DNA of 64,000 nucleotides, from NCBI GenBank assembly GCA_963738535.1, contig CAVTXB010000004.1:110916-174915 (forward strand), read 5' to 3'. Source of the stretch: an uncultured Actinomycetota bacterium. Its GTDB lineage: Bacteria > Actinomycetota > Actinomycetes > Actinomycetales > Microbacteriaceae. Position 1 is the stretch's first letter; each line of letters begins with the position of its first letter. Position numbers and translations under genes: made by a program. The notes beneath the pieces are model-generated. The model made no database searches, was not told the origin of the DNA, and worked only from the letters and a program-made list of their open reading frames with translations. Below, piece by piece: positions 1 through 10,719 of this stretch.

Positions 1-916
1 CCTGCCGAGCGTCGACTTCGTGCGCTACGCCCAGGCCGCCGAGAACCTCGGGTTCGATGAGCTGTGGGTGGTCGAAGACTGTTTTCTCAACGGCGGCATC
101 GCCCAGGCGGCCGTCGCACTCGCATCCACGACGCGCATCCGGATCGGCATCGGCATTCTGCCTGCCGGGGCCCGCAATGTGGCATTCGCCAGCATGGATG
201 TCGCGACGCTCGCCAACCTGTTCCCCGGCCGCGTCACCGTGGGAATCGGCCACGGCATGCCCCACTGGATGCGCCAGGTCGGAGCGTGGCCCGCCAGCCC
301 GCTGACTCTGCTGGCCGAATACATCGAGGCGATGAAGGCGATCCTCTCGGGAACGAACCTCACGTCCGACGGTCGATACGTGAAGCTGCGCGACATCCAG
401 CTGGCCTCTCCCCCGACGGAGGCTCCGGCGATCTATGCCGGTGTTCGAGGGCCGAAATCCCTGGCAGTCTCGGGCCGCGTGGCCGACGGTACGCTGCTCG
501 CCGAGCCGGTCACGCCCGAATACCTGCGCGCTGTGCGGGAGCAGGTGGCGGCACCCCGGTCGCGGCACAAACTCGCGGCGTACAACGTGGCTGCAGTGGA
601 TGACCGCCCCGAGGTCGCACGAGACCTGGCTCGGCTGAGCCTCGTGTGGATCGGCGAACCGGACTGGGCCCCGCATATCGCTCCCCTGCCGTTCGCGCAG
701 GAGTTCGCCGAGTTGCGAGCATCCTCGGCATCGAAGGAGGAGTTCGCGGCAGCGCTGCCCGACGAGTGGGTCGACCAGCTGGCCGTGGTGGGAACGCCCG
801 ACCGGGCGAAGGCCCGGCTCACCGAACTGGCGCAGGCGGGAGCGGATCACCTGCTGCTCATGCCCGCAGGCCCCGACCCGTTCGCGATGCTGCCCCGGTT
901 GGCGCGCGTGCTCTAA
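1..916 (+). CDS. LLM-class flavin-dependent oxidoreductase (luciferase-like), 5' truncated by window edge
   Basis: AENLGFDELWVVED, GRVTVGIGHG and GPKSLAVSGRVADG motifs; the frame is open back to base 2. Confidence 0.85.
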   Translation, partial: LPSVDFVRYAQAAENLGFDELWVVEDCFLNGGIAQAAVALASTTRIRIGIGILPAGARNVAFASMDVATLANLFPGRVTVGIGHGMPHWMRQVGAWPASPLTLLAEYIEAMKAILSGTNLTSDGRYVKLRDIQLASPPTEAPAIYAGVRGPKSLAVSGRVADGTLLAEPVTPEYLRAVREQVAAPRSRHKLAAYNVAAVDDRPEVARDLARLSLVWIGEPDWAPHIAPLPFAQEFAELRASSASKEEFAAALPDEWVDQLAVVGTPDRAKARLTELAQAGADHLLLMPAGPDPFAMLPRLARVL

Positions 917-1500
917 GGGGTCGAGCCGCCCGCGTCGCGAGCCGCCGTCTCCAGGCGTGCCCGGTGGGCCGTCCAGTCGAATTCGGTGTCGAGATTCGGC
1001 GAGTCGGGGCGTTGCCCGATCGCGCCGTCGATGAGTTCGCGCACGATGTCGGCATGGCCGGCATGCCGTTCGTTTTCGGCGATCATGTGCACGAGGATGC
1101 GGTGAAGCGTCACCACCCGTCGCTCCTCGGGCCACCACGGAACGCTGCCGGTGGCATCGAGGTCAAGCGCGGCGATCGTGGCGTCCGAGTGCATCCACAC
1201 CCGTCGGTACAGCGCTGTGATGGATTCACTGGACTCGTCGACCGTCGCCCACATGTCGGCGTTCGGCTCGGCGCCGTCGGCCAGCCACGGCAGGCGCTCG
1301 GGAAATGGTCGGCCGAACACCTCGCCCAGGTAGCCCGCCTCGACGGAGGCGACGTGCTTGACGATGCCGAGCAGGTTGGTGCCGGTGGTCACCATGGGGC
1401 GACGGATGTCGTATTCGCTGAGGCCGTCGAGCTTCCACAGCAGCACGTCGCGGCCGCGCTGAAGGTACAGCACGAGGTCGTCTTTCATCGTCGTCGTCAC
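913..1500 (-). CDS. DinB/DUF664 family protein (thiol transferase-like fold)
   Basis: TNLLGIVKHVASVE and HMIAENERHAGHADIVRELIDG His-triad pattern. Confidence 0.85.
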   Translation of the reverse strand: MTTTMKDDLVLYLQRGRDVLLWKLDGLSEYDIRRPMVTTGTNLLGIVKHVASVEAGYLGEVFGRPFPERLPWLADGAEPNADMWATVDESSESITALYRRVWMHSDATIAALDLDATGSVPWWPEERRVVTLHRILVHMIAENERHAGHADIVRELIDGAIGQRPDSPNLDTEFDWTAHRARLETAARDAGGSTP

Positions 1501-1631
1501 CGTCGCGGGCCTCCCAGCTCCAGTACGACACTACGTCGACGTACCAGATCGCGGACCGCCGATTTCGCGGGCGGCTCCGAACCTCACGGGGCACCACTGA
1601 ACGCTGCCACCCACCGACCTGAGGATCCTCG

Positions 1632-2096
1632 ATGACCGACGAACACGCAACGACCACACACGCCGGATTCGGCGAGGGCAACCCGAGGCTCGTCTTCGTG
1701 GTGGGATCCGACAACTGGGATGGCGAGGCGGCTCGTGAGTTCGCCCTCGATCGGGACGTCATCCGCATCGGCTCCGCACCGGACACCGACCTCACGCTCG
1801 CGGGGCTCGACCCGCTGCATGCCGAGATACGACACGATGACGACGACGAGTATGTCGTGTTCGCGTTGGGCGAGGCGCTGCTCAGCAGCGATCACGAGAG
1901 CGGCGGCGTCGAGGGCGGTCACGTGCTGCGAACCGGCTCGCGGGTGGAACTCGGCGAGTGGGCGATGACGTTCGCACGGGATGAGTTCGCCGACCACGGG
2001 CGCCCCTTCGGCGGTCGGCAGGGTGGCGAGGGCGAGCACCAGCAGCGGCAGGCGCCCCGGGAAGAAGCCGAGGAGGCCGCAGCCGAGGCCGACTGA
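1632..2096 (+). CDS. FHA-like domain protein (degenerate)
   Basis: VIRIGSAPDTDLTL..LDPLHAEIR and LRTGSRVELG FHA-like strands; GAGGA RBS upstream. Confidence 0.65.
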   Translation: MTDEHATTTHAGFGEGNPRLVFVVGSDNWDGEAAREFALDRDVIRIGSAPDTDLTLAGLDPLHAEIRHDDDDEYVVFALGEALLSSDHESGGVEGGHVLRTGSRVELGEWAMTFARDEFADHGRPFGGRQGGEGEHQQRQAPREEAEEAAAEAD

Positions 2097-2105
2097 CCGG
2101 CCGCC

Positions 2106-3599
2106 TTACGCTGCGCCCTGGTGGGCGTCGCGCGCGCGCCGCTTGCTGCGCAGGTCGAGGATTCCGAGCACGAGCGCGGCCCCCGAGAACACGAGCGATC
2201 CGACCAGGCCGATGTCGAGGCCGCGTGGCGAACCGCGCGGGGTCGGCGGCCGGTGTTCCCTCGTGCGTCGAGGCGGTGTAGCCCGCGACGGTGACGAAAG
2301 AACAGTGTGCCGAGCACGGTCTGGCCGGTGGTCGACCCGACGCGCTGGGCGGTCTGCAGCACGCCGCCGGCGGTACCGCCATCCCGAGGGTCGACGTCCA
2401 TGAGCGTGAGGGTCTGGTTCGGTGTGACGATCGACCCACCGGCGATTCCGACGAGGAAGACGGGCAGCGCGAGTCGCAGGATGACCTCGACCGGCGCGGT
2501 GACGGCCCGCAGCTCAGATGCACGACGAGGCTGATCGACAGCGTCGCAAGAAAGAACAGGCTCACTGCACCGACGACGAGCGGCCGCCCGACCCGCGACA
2601 CCAGCCGCCCGGAGACGGAGGCGCCGAGCACTGTTCCGAGCGCGAACGCCGTGACGCCGAGCGCCGGATTCGAGCGCCGTGAAGCCGAGGCCGTCCTGGT
2701 AGTAGAGCGACATGAGCAGTGGGATGCCGGTGTTGCTGCAGAAGAAGACGAGCGCGAAGAACACGCCGGTCGTGAAGGTGGGCACCCGGAACAGCGCCAT
2801 ATTGAGCAGCGGGGAGCCGCCCTCGCCGGGTGAGGCGCCGCTCCCGCCGAAGGAATGCCCAGAGCAGCAGGCCGCCCGGAATGAACAGCAGGAACAGCCA
2901 CCCGCTGTGGAACTCGTTGATCTCGACGATCGGGAACAGGATGCACAGCAGCGCGGCACCGAGCAGAGCGGCGCCGCCCAGGTCGAGCTTCAGCGAGGCC
3001 GGGCTCTCGACGGGCTTCAGGTCGGCGACCCACAGCTTCGCGAGGATGATCGCGGCTAGACCGATCGGCACGTTGATGAAGAAGACGAGCCGCCAGCCGA
3101 AGTCGGGTCCTCCGAGGCCGATGAGCAGCCCGCCGATCACCGGACCCAGCGCCGTTCCGACTCCGACCGTGATGCCGAGGCCGCCGAACGCCCGCCCGCG
3201 CTCCGACTTCGGGAAGGCGTTCTGGATGTACCCGGAGACCTGCGGACCGAGCAGGCCGCCGAACATGCCCTGGATGACTCGGGCCGCGATGATCACGAGC
3301 GGCACCGGTGACAGCCCCACGGCGGCACTCGCGATGATGAAGCCGGTGACCCCGATGAAGAAGATCCGTCGCCGCCCGCGGGTGTCTCCCAGCCGGCCCG
3401 CGATGACCGGCATGAGGGCGAACGCGAGGATGTACCCGCTGACGACCCACTGGAGTTCGGCTGGTCCCGCGCCGGTCGCGCGCCCGATGGACGGCAGCGC
3501 GACGTTGGTCACGCTCACGTCGAGCAGGGCACAGAACTGTCCGAGCAGCAGAACGAAGAGTCCGCGCCACCGTCGGGGGTCGAGGGGCGGTGAATCCAC
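2106..3599 (-). CDS. DHA2 (EmrB/QacA-type) MFS transporter, about five frameshifts (sequencing error or pseudogene)
   Basis: LDVSVTNVALPSI, GRLGDTRGRRR and WRLVFFINVPIG motifs. Hydrophobic segments continue in other frames (breaks near 2820, 2665, 2510, 2297, 2225) to TAA at 2106-2108. Confidence 0.8.
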
Positions 3600-3611
3600 T
3601 ACCTCAGTGAA

Positions 3612-6023
3612 TCAGATTCCGGCGTGGCCCGTCGCCCCGACGGTCACGCTGCAGTGCAGTTCGCGGGTGTGGTCGACGATCCGGGCCGCCCCGGCGAGGC
3701 GCACGTGCGCAACCTGCCGCACGTCCTGCGACGAGGCGCCCAGGCGCAGCTCGAGGTCACCGGGTTCGACGACCCGCCGGCCATCGATTCCCGTGAAGCT
3801 CGCGAGATCCGCGGGGACGCGGAACGAGACCTCCGTCGAATCCCCGGGCGCGAGGGTCGCCTGCGCGTAGCCGACCAGACGGATGACGGGTCGAGTGACG
3901 CTGGCGACCGGGTCGTGCAGGTACAGCTGCACGGTCTCTTTTCCGCTGCGCGCGCCGGTGTTGCGAACCGTGACTCCGACCGTCACGGCGCCATCCGTTG
4001 GCACGATCGCGACAGATTCCTCGCCCGCCGGGGTGCCGTCGACGCGCAGGTTCGACCACTCGAAGGTCGTGTAGGCCAGCCCGTGGCCGAATCCGAAGGC
4101 CGCGGTCGGGTCGACGTTCGACACCCCGCTGCGCTGGGCAAGCTGCGCGCCGAGGTAGGTGGACGGCTGCGCGCCGGGGTGAGCGGGCACGCTCACGGGA
4201 AGTCGGCCGGACGGGTCGACGGCGCCGCTGAGGATGCGCGCGACGGCGACCCCGCCCTCCTCGCCGGGGAAGAAGGTCTGCACGATGGCAGCGGCCCGCG
4301 CGGGCGCTGTGCCGAGCGAATACGGCCGGCCGGAAACCACGACAACGACGACGGGGGTGCCCGTGTCGAGGACCTGCTCGAGCAGCTCGGCCTGAAGCCC
4401 GGGCAGCTGCAGGGACTCCGCGTCGCAGCCCTCGCCGCTGGTCCCCCGCCCGAACAGGCCGGCTCGATCGCCGAGAACCACGATCGCGACCTCCGACTGC
4501 CGTGCCCGCTCGACCGCGGCCGCCAGGTCGTCGCGTGACTCGCCATCGATGGTGCATCCCTGGGCGACGGTCACGGTCGCACCCGCGAACTCGGCGCGAA
4601 TCGCGGTTGCCACGGTGGGGATGTCGATGCCGATCGGCAGGTCGGGGTGGTGGATGCCCACGTGGCTGGGGAACGAGTAGCAGCCGAGCATGACCATGGG
4701 GTCGTCGGCCGCGGGTCCGATGACTGCGATCGTCGCCGGTTGTGCGAGCGGAAGGGTGCCGTCGTTCGAGAGAAGCACGACTGCCTGTTCGGCGATCTCG
4801 CGAGCGAGCTGGCGGTCGGCCGGGGTGTCGAGGTCGACGGAGCCCTCGACCGCGTTCGGATCGGCGAGATCAGTGCCGCGGAGCGCCGGAGGTACGGGGT
4901 TCCAGTCGGCGTCGAGCATGCCGAGTTCGAGCTTCTGCCGCAGCACCCGTTCGAGCGCACGGTCGACCAGGGCCTCGTCGATGCGCCCGGCATCGACCTC
5001 GGCCATGAGTGGCTCCGCGTAGGTCTTCACGCCCGGCAGCTCGACATCCACCCCGGCGCGCAGCGCAAGCGCCGCCGCCTCGCCCCACGTGCCGGCGACG
5101 CCGTGCAGGATCTTGAGAAAGCCGATGCCGAAATAGTCGGCGACCACAGTGCCATCGAAGCCCCACGTGTCGCGGAGCAGCCCCGTGAGCAGTTGCTCGT
5201 TGGCGGCCGCGGGCACGCCGTCGACGTCGGCGTACGAGTGCATCACCGATCGCACGCCGCTCTCGCGCACCGCCATTTCGAACGGCGGCAGCATGATGTC
5301 GGACAGCTCCCGCGGCCCCATGCTCACCGGTGCGAGGTTGCGGCCGGCCTTCGAAGCGGAGTAGCCGACGAAGTGCTTGAGGGTTGCGACGATGCCCGCC
5401 GACTCCATGCCCCGGATGTAGGCGGTCGCGAGCGATCCCACCAGGTAGGGGTCTTCGCCGATCGTTTCTTCGGTTCGTCCCCACCGCGCGTCGCGGGTGA
5501 CGTCGAGCACCGGGGCCAGCCCCTGGTGCACGCCGACGGATGCCATGCTGCGGCCGATCCGGCTGCCGAGTTCGCGGATGAGCTCGCCGTTGAACGTCGC
5601 GCCCCACGAGAGCGGCACGGGGTACGCCGTGGCCTTCCAGGTCGTGAAGCCGGCGAGGCACTCCTCGTGCGCGAGCGCCGGGATTCCGAACCGGTTCGCC
5701 TCGATGACGGCGCGCTGGCTCGTCACGAGCTGTGCCGCGCCTGTCGCCGGGTCGAGCGGCACCGTGCCGAACGACCGGGTCAGCTGTCCGAGCCCGAACG
5801 CGAGCAGCTCTTCGAGGCTGACGTCCTCGCCCATCTCGTTCTGGTGCGGTGCAACCTCGTTGCCGTCAACCGTCTTCGCGCCCATCCAGGTGCCGTAGAG
5901 CTGGCCGAGTTTCTCGCGCAGGGTCATGGCGTCGATGAGTGCCGCGACCCGGTCCGCGGGACTCCGCGTCACGTCGGTCCAGAGGGCATGGTCGAGCGAC
6001 GATGTTGTTTCAGAAGACGTCAT
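3612..6023 (-). CDS. GH3 beta-xylosidase/beta-glucosidase (BxlA-like), cytoplasmic
   Basis: HEECLAG, WGRTEETIGEDP, LKHF, VVADY nucleophile region, GEGCD, Fn3-like C-terminus; no signal peptide. Confidence 0.9.
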   Translation of the reverse strand: MTSSETTSSLDHALWTDVTRSPADRVAALIDAMTLREKLGQLYGTWMGAKTVDGNEVAPHQNEMGEDVSLEELLAFGLGQLTRSFGTVPLDPATGAAQLVTSQRAVIEANRFGIPALAHEECLAGFTTWKATAYPVPLSWGATFNGELIRELGSRIGRSMASVGVHQGLAPVLDVTRDARWGRTEETIGEDPYLVGSLATAYIRGMESAGIVATLKHFVGYSASKAGRNLAPVSMGPRELSDIMLPPFEMAVRESGVRSVMHSYADVDGVPAAANEQLLTGLLRDTWGFDGTVVADYFGIGFLKILHGVAGTWGEAAALALRAGVDVELPGVKTYAEPLMAEVDAGRIDEALVDRALERVLRQKLELGMLDADWNPVPPALRGTDLADPNAVEGSVDLDTPADRQLAREIAEQAVVLLSNDGTLPLAQPATIAVIGPAADDPMVMLGCYSFPSHVGIHHPDLPIGIDIPTVATAIRAEFAGATVTVAQGCTIDGESRDDLAAAVERARQSEVAIVVLGDRAGLFGRGTSGEGCDAESLQLPGLQAELLEQVLDTGTPVVVVVVSGRPYSLGTAPARAAAIVQTFFPGEEGGVAVARILSGAVDPSGRLPVSVPAHPGAQPSTYLGAQLAQRSGVSNVDPTAAFGFGHGLAYTTFEWSNLRVDGTPAGEESVAIVPTDGAVTVGVTVRNTGARSGKETVQLYLHDPVASVTRPVIRLVGYAQATLAPGDSTEVSFRVPADLASFTGIDGRRVVEPGDLELRLGASSQDVRQVAHVRLAGAARIVDHTRELHCSVTVGATGHAGI

Positions 6024-6050
6024 CGTCGGGCCTGCCCTGCCGTGAAGTAA

Positions 6051-6062
6051 AGAAATGTTTCG
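6051..6062. promoter_or_regulatory. Putative LacI (BxlR-like) operator AGAAATGTTTCG
   Basis: Near-palindrome between divergent GH3 and lacI genes; the same motif recurs at 7277, 14874, 23161 and 23293. Confidence 0.7.
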
Positions 6063-6149
6063 TTAGAAACTACGAAACTCAGTGTGCTCCGGAGTCTAGA
6101 GTTTCGTTTTTGCGTTAGTCAAGTGTCGTGGCCTCGGTAAAGTGTTCGC

Positions 6150-7169
6150 ATGGCGCTCGACACGTTGGCACAGCCCACCAGGGCGACCCTCTCCAGGGTC
6201 GCCGCCGAGGCATCCGTGTCGATGTCGACGGTGTCGAAGGTGCTGAACGGGCGCACCGGTGTCTCCGACACCACGCGGGCCCGCGTGGAAGAACTGCTGC
6301 ACAGCCACGGCTACAACCGGCGCGGAGTCGCTCAGGCGGCCAACCTCATCGAGCTCGTCTTCAGCGTGTTCGACACGGCGTGGTCGATGGAGATCATCAA
6401 CGGGGTCGAGCGAGTCGCCCGCGAAAACGGCATGAACGTCGTGCTGACGCAGAGCGGCGACCGGCACTCCCCCGGCCCGGAGTGGATCGACGGCGTGATG
6501 CAGCGCCGCCCCGCCGGCGTCATCCTCGTGCTGTCCGACCTGCCGGCGGAGCAGAAGCGCCAGCTCAAGACCCGCAACATCCCATTCGTGCTGGTCGATC
6601 CGACCGGCGACCCCGCACCGGATGTGCCGTCCGTGGGCTCCGCGAACTGGTCGGGCGGGGTGCTCGCGACCCAGCACCTCATCGACCTGGGCCATCGCGA
6701 TATCGCGATGATCACCGGTCCTGACGACATGATGTGCTCACGGGCGCGGCTGTCCGGGTTCCGCTCCGCCCTCGAGTCCGCGGGCATCCCCGTGCGGGAA
6801 GACCTGATCCTCACGGGCGAGTTCCACCGCGAAGACGGTATCGCCCGCGGCCACGAACTCCTGTCGCGCCGCAATCCGCCGACGGCCATCTTCGCGGGCA
6901 GCGACCTGCAGGCGATCGGCGTCTACGAGGCGGCCCGCGAGCGCGGCGTGCGGATTCCGGAGGACCTGTCGGTGGTCGGGTACGACGACCTGCAGTTCTC
7001 CGGCTGGGCCGGACCCCCGCTCACGACAGTGCGCCAGCCGCTGACCGAGATGGCCGAGCAGGCGACGCGCCTGGTGCTTCGGCTGCGCGATCGCGAGCCG
7101 GCCGAGAGCCTGCGCGTGGATCTTGCCACCCGCCTGGTCGTGCGGGGAAGTACGAGCAGACTCTCGTAA
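6150..7169 (+). CDS. LacI-family transcriptional regulator (BxlR-like)
   Basis: ATLSRVAAEASVSMSTVSKVLNG HTH; IPEDLSVVGYDD and PPLTTVRQP. Confidence 0.93.
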   Translation: MALDTLAQPTRATLSRVAAEASVSMSTVSKVLNGRTGVSDTTRARVEELLHSHGYNRRGVAQAANLIELVFSVFDTAWSMEIINGVERVARENGMNVVLTQSGDRHSPGPEWIDGVMQRRPAGVILVLSDLPAEQKRQLKTRNIPFVLVDPTGDPAPDVPSVGSANWSGGVLATQHLIDLGHRDIAMITGPDDMMCSRARLSGFRSALESAGIPVREDLILTGEFHREDGIARGHELLSRRNPPTAIFAGSDLQAIGVYEAARERGVRIPEDLSVVGYDDLQFSGWAGPPLTTVRQPLTEMAEQATRLVLRLRDREPAESLRVDLATRLVVRGSTSRLS

Positions 7170-7269
7170 CCGGGCCCTCGCCCGTGCTCGCGTGCGGGGT
7201 GTGGATACGCTCGCCCCACGCGTCGCAGACCCGGCGCCGACTGCGTCGTGCGCACCCGGTGATCACGGA

Positions 7270-7289
7270 TTGACAACGAAATGTTTCGT
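7270..7289 (+). promoter_or_regulatory. -35 box (TTGACA) abutting LacI operator ACGAAATGTTTCGT
   Basis: TTGACA at 7270-7275 is followed directly by the palindrome at 7276-7289, upstream of the ABC operon. Confidence 0.72.
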
Positions 7290-7532
7290 GTTTTCCCCTG
7301 AAACTTGACGCACCCAAACCCCGAGGGTAATTTGTGGTTTGTTGCGACAAAACGCTCCGGAATATCCGGTGCGCGGGGTTGGAGACGATGGAGCTCACAG
7401 CACGGATGCCCGATCGGGCGTTCTGCGCAGGCCCCGCCGTTTTCCTCTCCACAGCACTCTGAGCGCGCCCCGCGCAAGGTGAAGCAACGACAGCTGGCAC
7501 GAAGCGGTGCCAGCGTGAAGCTAGGAGAGAGA

Positions 7533-8900
7533 ATGCTCAAGTCACGAATGAGTCGTTCGGTTGCAGTTCTCGCCGTCGCCGGAATGGCCGCTCTCGGCCT
7601 CGCCGGCTGCAGCGGCGGTTCCTCGAGTTCCAGCGCGGGGTCTGCGACGTCCGGCACAGTCAACTGGTGGGGATGGACGCCCGAACTCGCAACGGCGAAA
7701 ACCTACATCGCGGCCTTCAACAAGGCCTACCCGAAGATCAAGGTCAACTACAAGCAGGTCACCATCGCCGACTGGGAGGCCGCCCTGCGTCCCGCCCTCG
7801 CGTCGTCGAGCGGCCCGGACGTGTTCGACATCCAGCCCGGCGCCTACGTCACCGAGTTCAAATCGTTCGCCCAGGACCTCACCCCGGTCATCAAGAAGTC
7901 GCTCGGGTCGGACTGGCAGTCCAAGGTCTCGCCGATCGGCACGAGCGGGCTCACGGCGAACGGCAAGCTGACCGCGCTGTCGGTCGGGTCCACGTACGCC
8001 GGCACGCTGTGGCTCAACAAGGGACTGTTCGACAAGTACAACGTCACTCCGCCGAAGACCCTCGACCAGTGGGCCGCCGACTGCAAGACCTTCAAGGCGA
8101 ACGGCGTCGGCTGCTTCGTCCAGGGCGCGTCGCAGGAAGGCTTCAACCAGGACACGCTGCAGTCGATCGCCGACTCCGTGCAGCCGGGCCTCTGGACCAA
8201 GATGTCGACCGGTGCGGCCAAGTGGACCGACCCCGGAATGGTCAAGACGCTCACCATCTGGAAGGAGCTCTTCACCGACAACATCATGCAGCCCGGAGCA
8301 ATCGGCTACGCCCAGTACCCTGACGCCAACAACGACTTCCTCACGGGCAAGTACGCGATGGTCATGATGGGCACGTGGTACATGCAGTACGCGACCACCA
8401 AAGGCATGACCGCGGGAATCTCGGCAGCCGGCGTCGCCGGTGCGCAGCCCTTCCCGATCGTTCCGATCGCGTTCCCGGATGTCGCGGGAGCCGGTAACGC
8501 CGGCTACCACATGTACGGTGACTCGGACTACGGCCTCGCGGTCGCCTCGAAGTCCAAGAATGAGGCGGCAGCGGACACGTTCGTCAGCTGGCTCACCACC
8601 ACGAAGGCAGGCCAGCAGGTCGTCGGCAACGAGCTCGACGACATCCCGGCCCTGAACGGTGTCTCGCCGGACTTCAGCACGATCCAGATGCCGGACAAGT
8701 CGGTGCAGCAGTCGCCGGTCCAGTCGCTGATCAAGACTGTCGGAACGGTCTCGGAGGCTCGTGAGGCCCTGCTCTCGTCCGGAGTGCAGACGGCTATCCT
8801 TGCCGCATCCACCTCGGTGGCATCCGGCCAGGCGACCCCGGCCGCTGCCGCCGCAACGCTGCAAGCCGCGGCGGTTGCTGCCGGCGAATCGTTCAAGTAA
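7533..8900 (+). CDS. Carbohydrate ABC transporter (CUT1) substrate-binding lipoprotein
   Basis: AGGAG RBS before ATG 7533; LAGC lipobox; GPDVF and GKYAMVMMGTW motifs. Confidence 0.9.
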   Translation: MLKSRMSRSVAVLAVAGMAALGLAGCSGGSSSSSAGSATSGTVNWWGWTPELATAKTYIAAFNKAYPKIKVNYKQVTIADWEAALRPALASSSGPDVFDIQPGAYVTEFKSFAQDLTPVIKKSLGSDWQSKVSPIGTSGLTANGKLTALSVGSTYAGTLWLNKGLFDKYNVTPPKTLDQWAADCKTFKANGVGCFVQGASQEGFNQDTLQSIADSVQPGLWTKMSTGAAKWTDPGMVKTLTIWKELFTDNIMQPGAIGYAQYPDANNDFLTGKYAMVMMGTWYMQYATTKGMTAGISAAGVAGAQPFPIVPIAFPDVAGAGNAGYHMYGDSDYGLAVASKSKNEAAADTFVSWLTTTKAGQQVVGNELDDIPALNGVSPDFSTIQMPDKSVQQSPVQSLIKTVGTVSEAREALLSSGVQTAILAASTSVASGQATPAAAAATLQAAAVAAGESFK

Positions 8901-8962
8901 CGGTCTCGCCCAGGCGACACACGTAAGACGCACTACAGGCAAGAATCCAGCAAGGGAGCGGA

Positions 8963-9931
8963 GTGGCCATCACCGATACGTCGACAACGGGCGTGAAAAC
9001 CGATCGGACAGGGACACTCCGCTCCACTGCGAGCGGCGGCGGTAAACCTCGCCGCCGCCTCTCGCAGCCGCCGGGGCTCCCGTGGATCCTTCCGGCGCTC
9101 ATCCTCTCGGTCGGCCTGCTGTACTACTGCATCGGCTACACCGGTGTGATCTCCACCTGGAACTGGGATGGCGTCAGCCCCGACCCGCAGTCGGTCGGCT
9201 TCAACAACTACATCCAGGTGTTCCAGGACCCGGTGTTCTGGGACGCCATCGAGCACACCGTCATCTTCTTCATCGTGACGTTCGTGGTGCAGACCTTCCT
9301 GGGGCTGCTGTTCGCGACGCTGCTGCACTCGAAGATCCGGCTCGCGGTGGTCTACAAGGTCATCATCTTCGTGCCGGTGGTGCTGGCCCCGGCCATCATG
9401 GCCCCGGTCTTCCGGCAGCTCTTCGCCCCGGACGGCCAGTTCAACTGGGTGCTCGCGCACATCGGACTCGGTTTTCTGCAGCAGCCGTGGATCGGCCAGA
9501 CGAGCACGTCGCTCGCCGTCGTCATGTCGATCACGATCTGGGAGTTCACGGGCGTCACGTTCATCCTCTACTTCGCGGCCATGGGCCAGATCGACCAGTC
9601 CGTGCTCGAGGCGGCGAGGATCGACGGCGCCGGCAACTGGCGCACGCTCACCAGCATCATCTGGCCCGGCGTGCGCGGCACCACCGTCGCGCTCGGCGTG
9701 CTCAGCGCGATCGGGGCTTTGAAGACGTTCGACGTGCCCTGGCTGGTCACCTCACAGGGCGGCCCGGTCTACTCCACCGAATTCCTGGGCACCTACATCT
9801 ACCGCATCACCATCCCGCTCGATCGCGTCGGCTACGGCGCGGCGATCTCCATCATCCTGCTCGTCGTCGCCGTGGTGATGGCGATCATCATCCAGCGACG
9901 CGGTCGCGAGCGCGAAGGGTCGGTCGACTGA
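8963..9931 (+). CDS. Carbohydrate ABC transporter permease
   Basis: EAARIDGAG EAA loop, transmembrane helices. Confidence 0.92.
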   Translation: MAITDTSTTGVKTDRTGTLRSTASGGGKPRRRLSQPPGLPWILPALILSVGLLYYCIGYTGVISTWNWDGVSPDPQSVGFNNYIQVFQDPVFWDAIEHTVIFFIVTFVVQTFLGLLFATLLHSKIRLAVVYKVIIFVPVVLAPAIMAPVFRQLFAPDGQFNWVLAHIGLGFLQQPWIGQTSTSLAVVMSITIWEFTGVTFILYFAAMGQIDQSVLEAARIDGAGNWRTLTSIIWPGVRGTTVALGVLSAIGALKTFDVPWLVTSQGGPVYSTEFLGTYIYRITIPLDRVGYGAAISIILLVVAVVMAIIIQRRGREREGSVD

Positions 9932-10719
9932 TGTTCGAGGTACGAACCCGCTGGGGCAAAGTCATCCTCCAGGTCGTCGTGACCCTCCTGGTCATCCCCT
10001 ACGTCTTCCCGCTCATCGTCATGGTGCAGGGGTCGCTGGCGGGGCTGGGCTGGGGCAACTACGTCGCAGTGTTCAACGTTCCGGGCTTCGGGCAGTTCTT
10101 CCTGAACAGCGCCATCATCGCGCTCGGCGTGATCGTCATCGTCTACGTCGTGGCGATGCTGGCCTCCTTCGGCTTCGCGAAACTCAACATCCGCTCGCGC
10201 GAGGTCTACTTCTGGATGCTGCTGGCGTGCCTCACGCTGCCCGAGGTGGTGCTGCTGGCACCGCTGTTCGCGACCGACACCTCCCTCGGCCTGTACGACA
10301 CGTACTGGGCCGTCATCCTGCCGCTCGCCGCACTGCAGGTGCCATTTGCGGTGCTGCTCACACGCAACTTCATCGAGGGCATCCCGAACGAACTGTTCGA
10401 GGCCGCGCGCGTCGACGGTGCCAACTCGATCCGCGGCTTCTGGTATCTCGTCATCCCGCTCACGCGGCCCATCGCCGCGGCGATCGTGATCTTCACGCTC
10501 ATCGGCGCCTGGAACGACTACCTGATGCCGCTGGTCTTCCTGCAGGACCAGTCGCTGCAGACCATCACGCTCATCCCGCAGTTCTTCATCGGGCAGTTCG
10601 CGGACGACCAGACCAAGGTGCTCGCGTCGGCCGTGCTCACCGCGATCCCCGAGGTCGTGGCCTACCTGGCGCTGCAGAGGCTGTTCGAGCGAGGCCTGTC
10701 GGCCGGCGCGATCAAGTGA
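9931..10719 (+). CDS. Carbohydrate ABC transporter permease
   Basis: ATG overlaps the previous stop; EAARVDGA, WNDYLMPL and GLSAGAIK motifs. Confidence 0.92.
   Translation: MFEVRTRWGKVILQVVVTLLVIPYVFPLIVMVQGSLAGLGWGNYVAVFNVPGFGQFFLNSAIIALGVIVIVYVVAMLASFGFAKLNIRSREVYFWMLLACLTLPEVVLLAPLFATDTSLGLYDTYWAVILPLAALQVPFAVLLTRNFIEGIPNELFEAARVDGANSIRGFWYLVIPLTRPIAAAIVIFTLIGAWNDYLMPLVFLQDQSLQTITLIPQFFIGQFADDQTKVLASAVLTAIPEVVAYLALQRLFERGLSAGAIK

Noticed and set aside
7290-7532. Long leader before the SBP gene as a possible riboswitch or sRNA
   Set aside because: No recognisable riboswitch consensus or terminator; regulation is explained by the LacI operator. An Rfam scan would settle it
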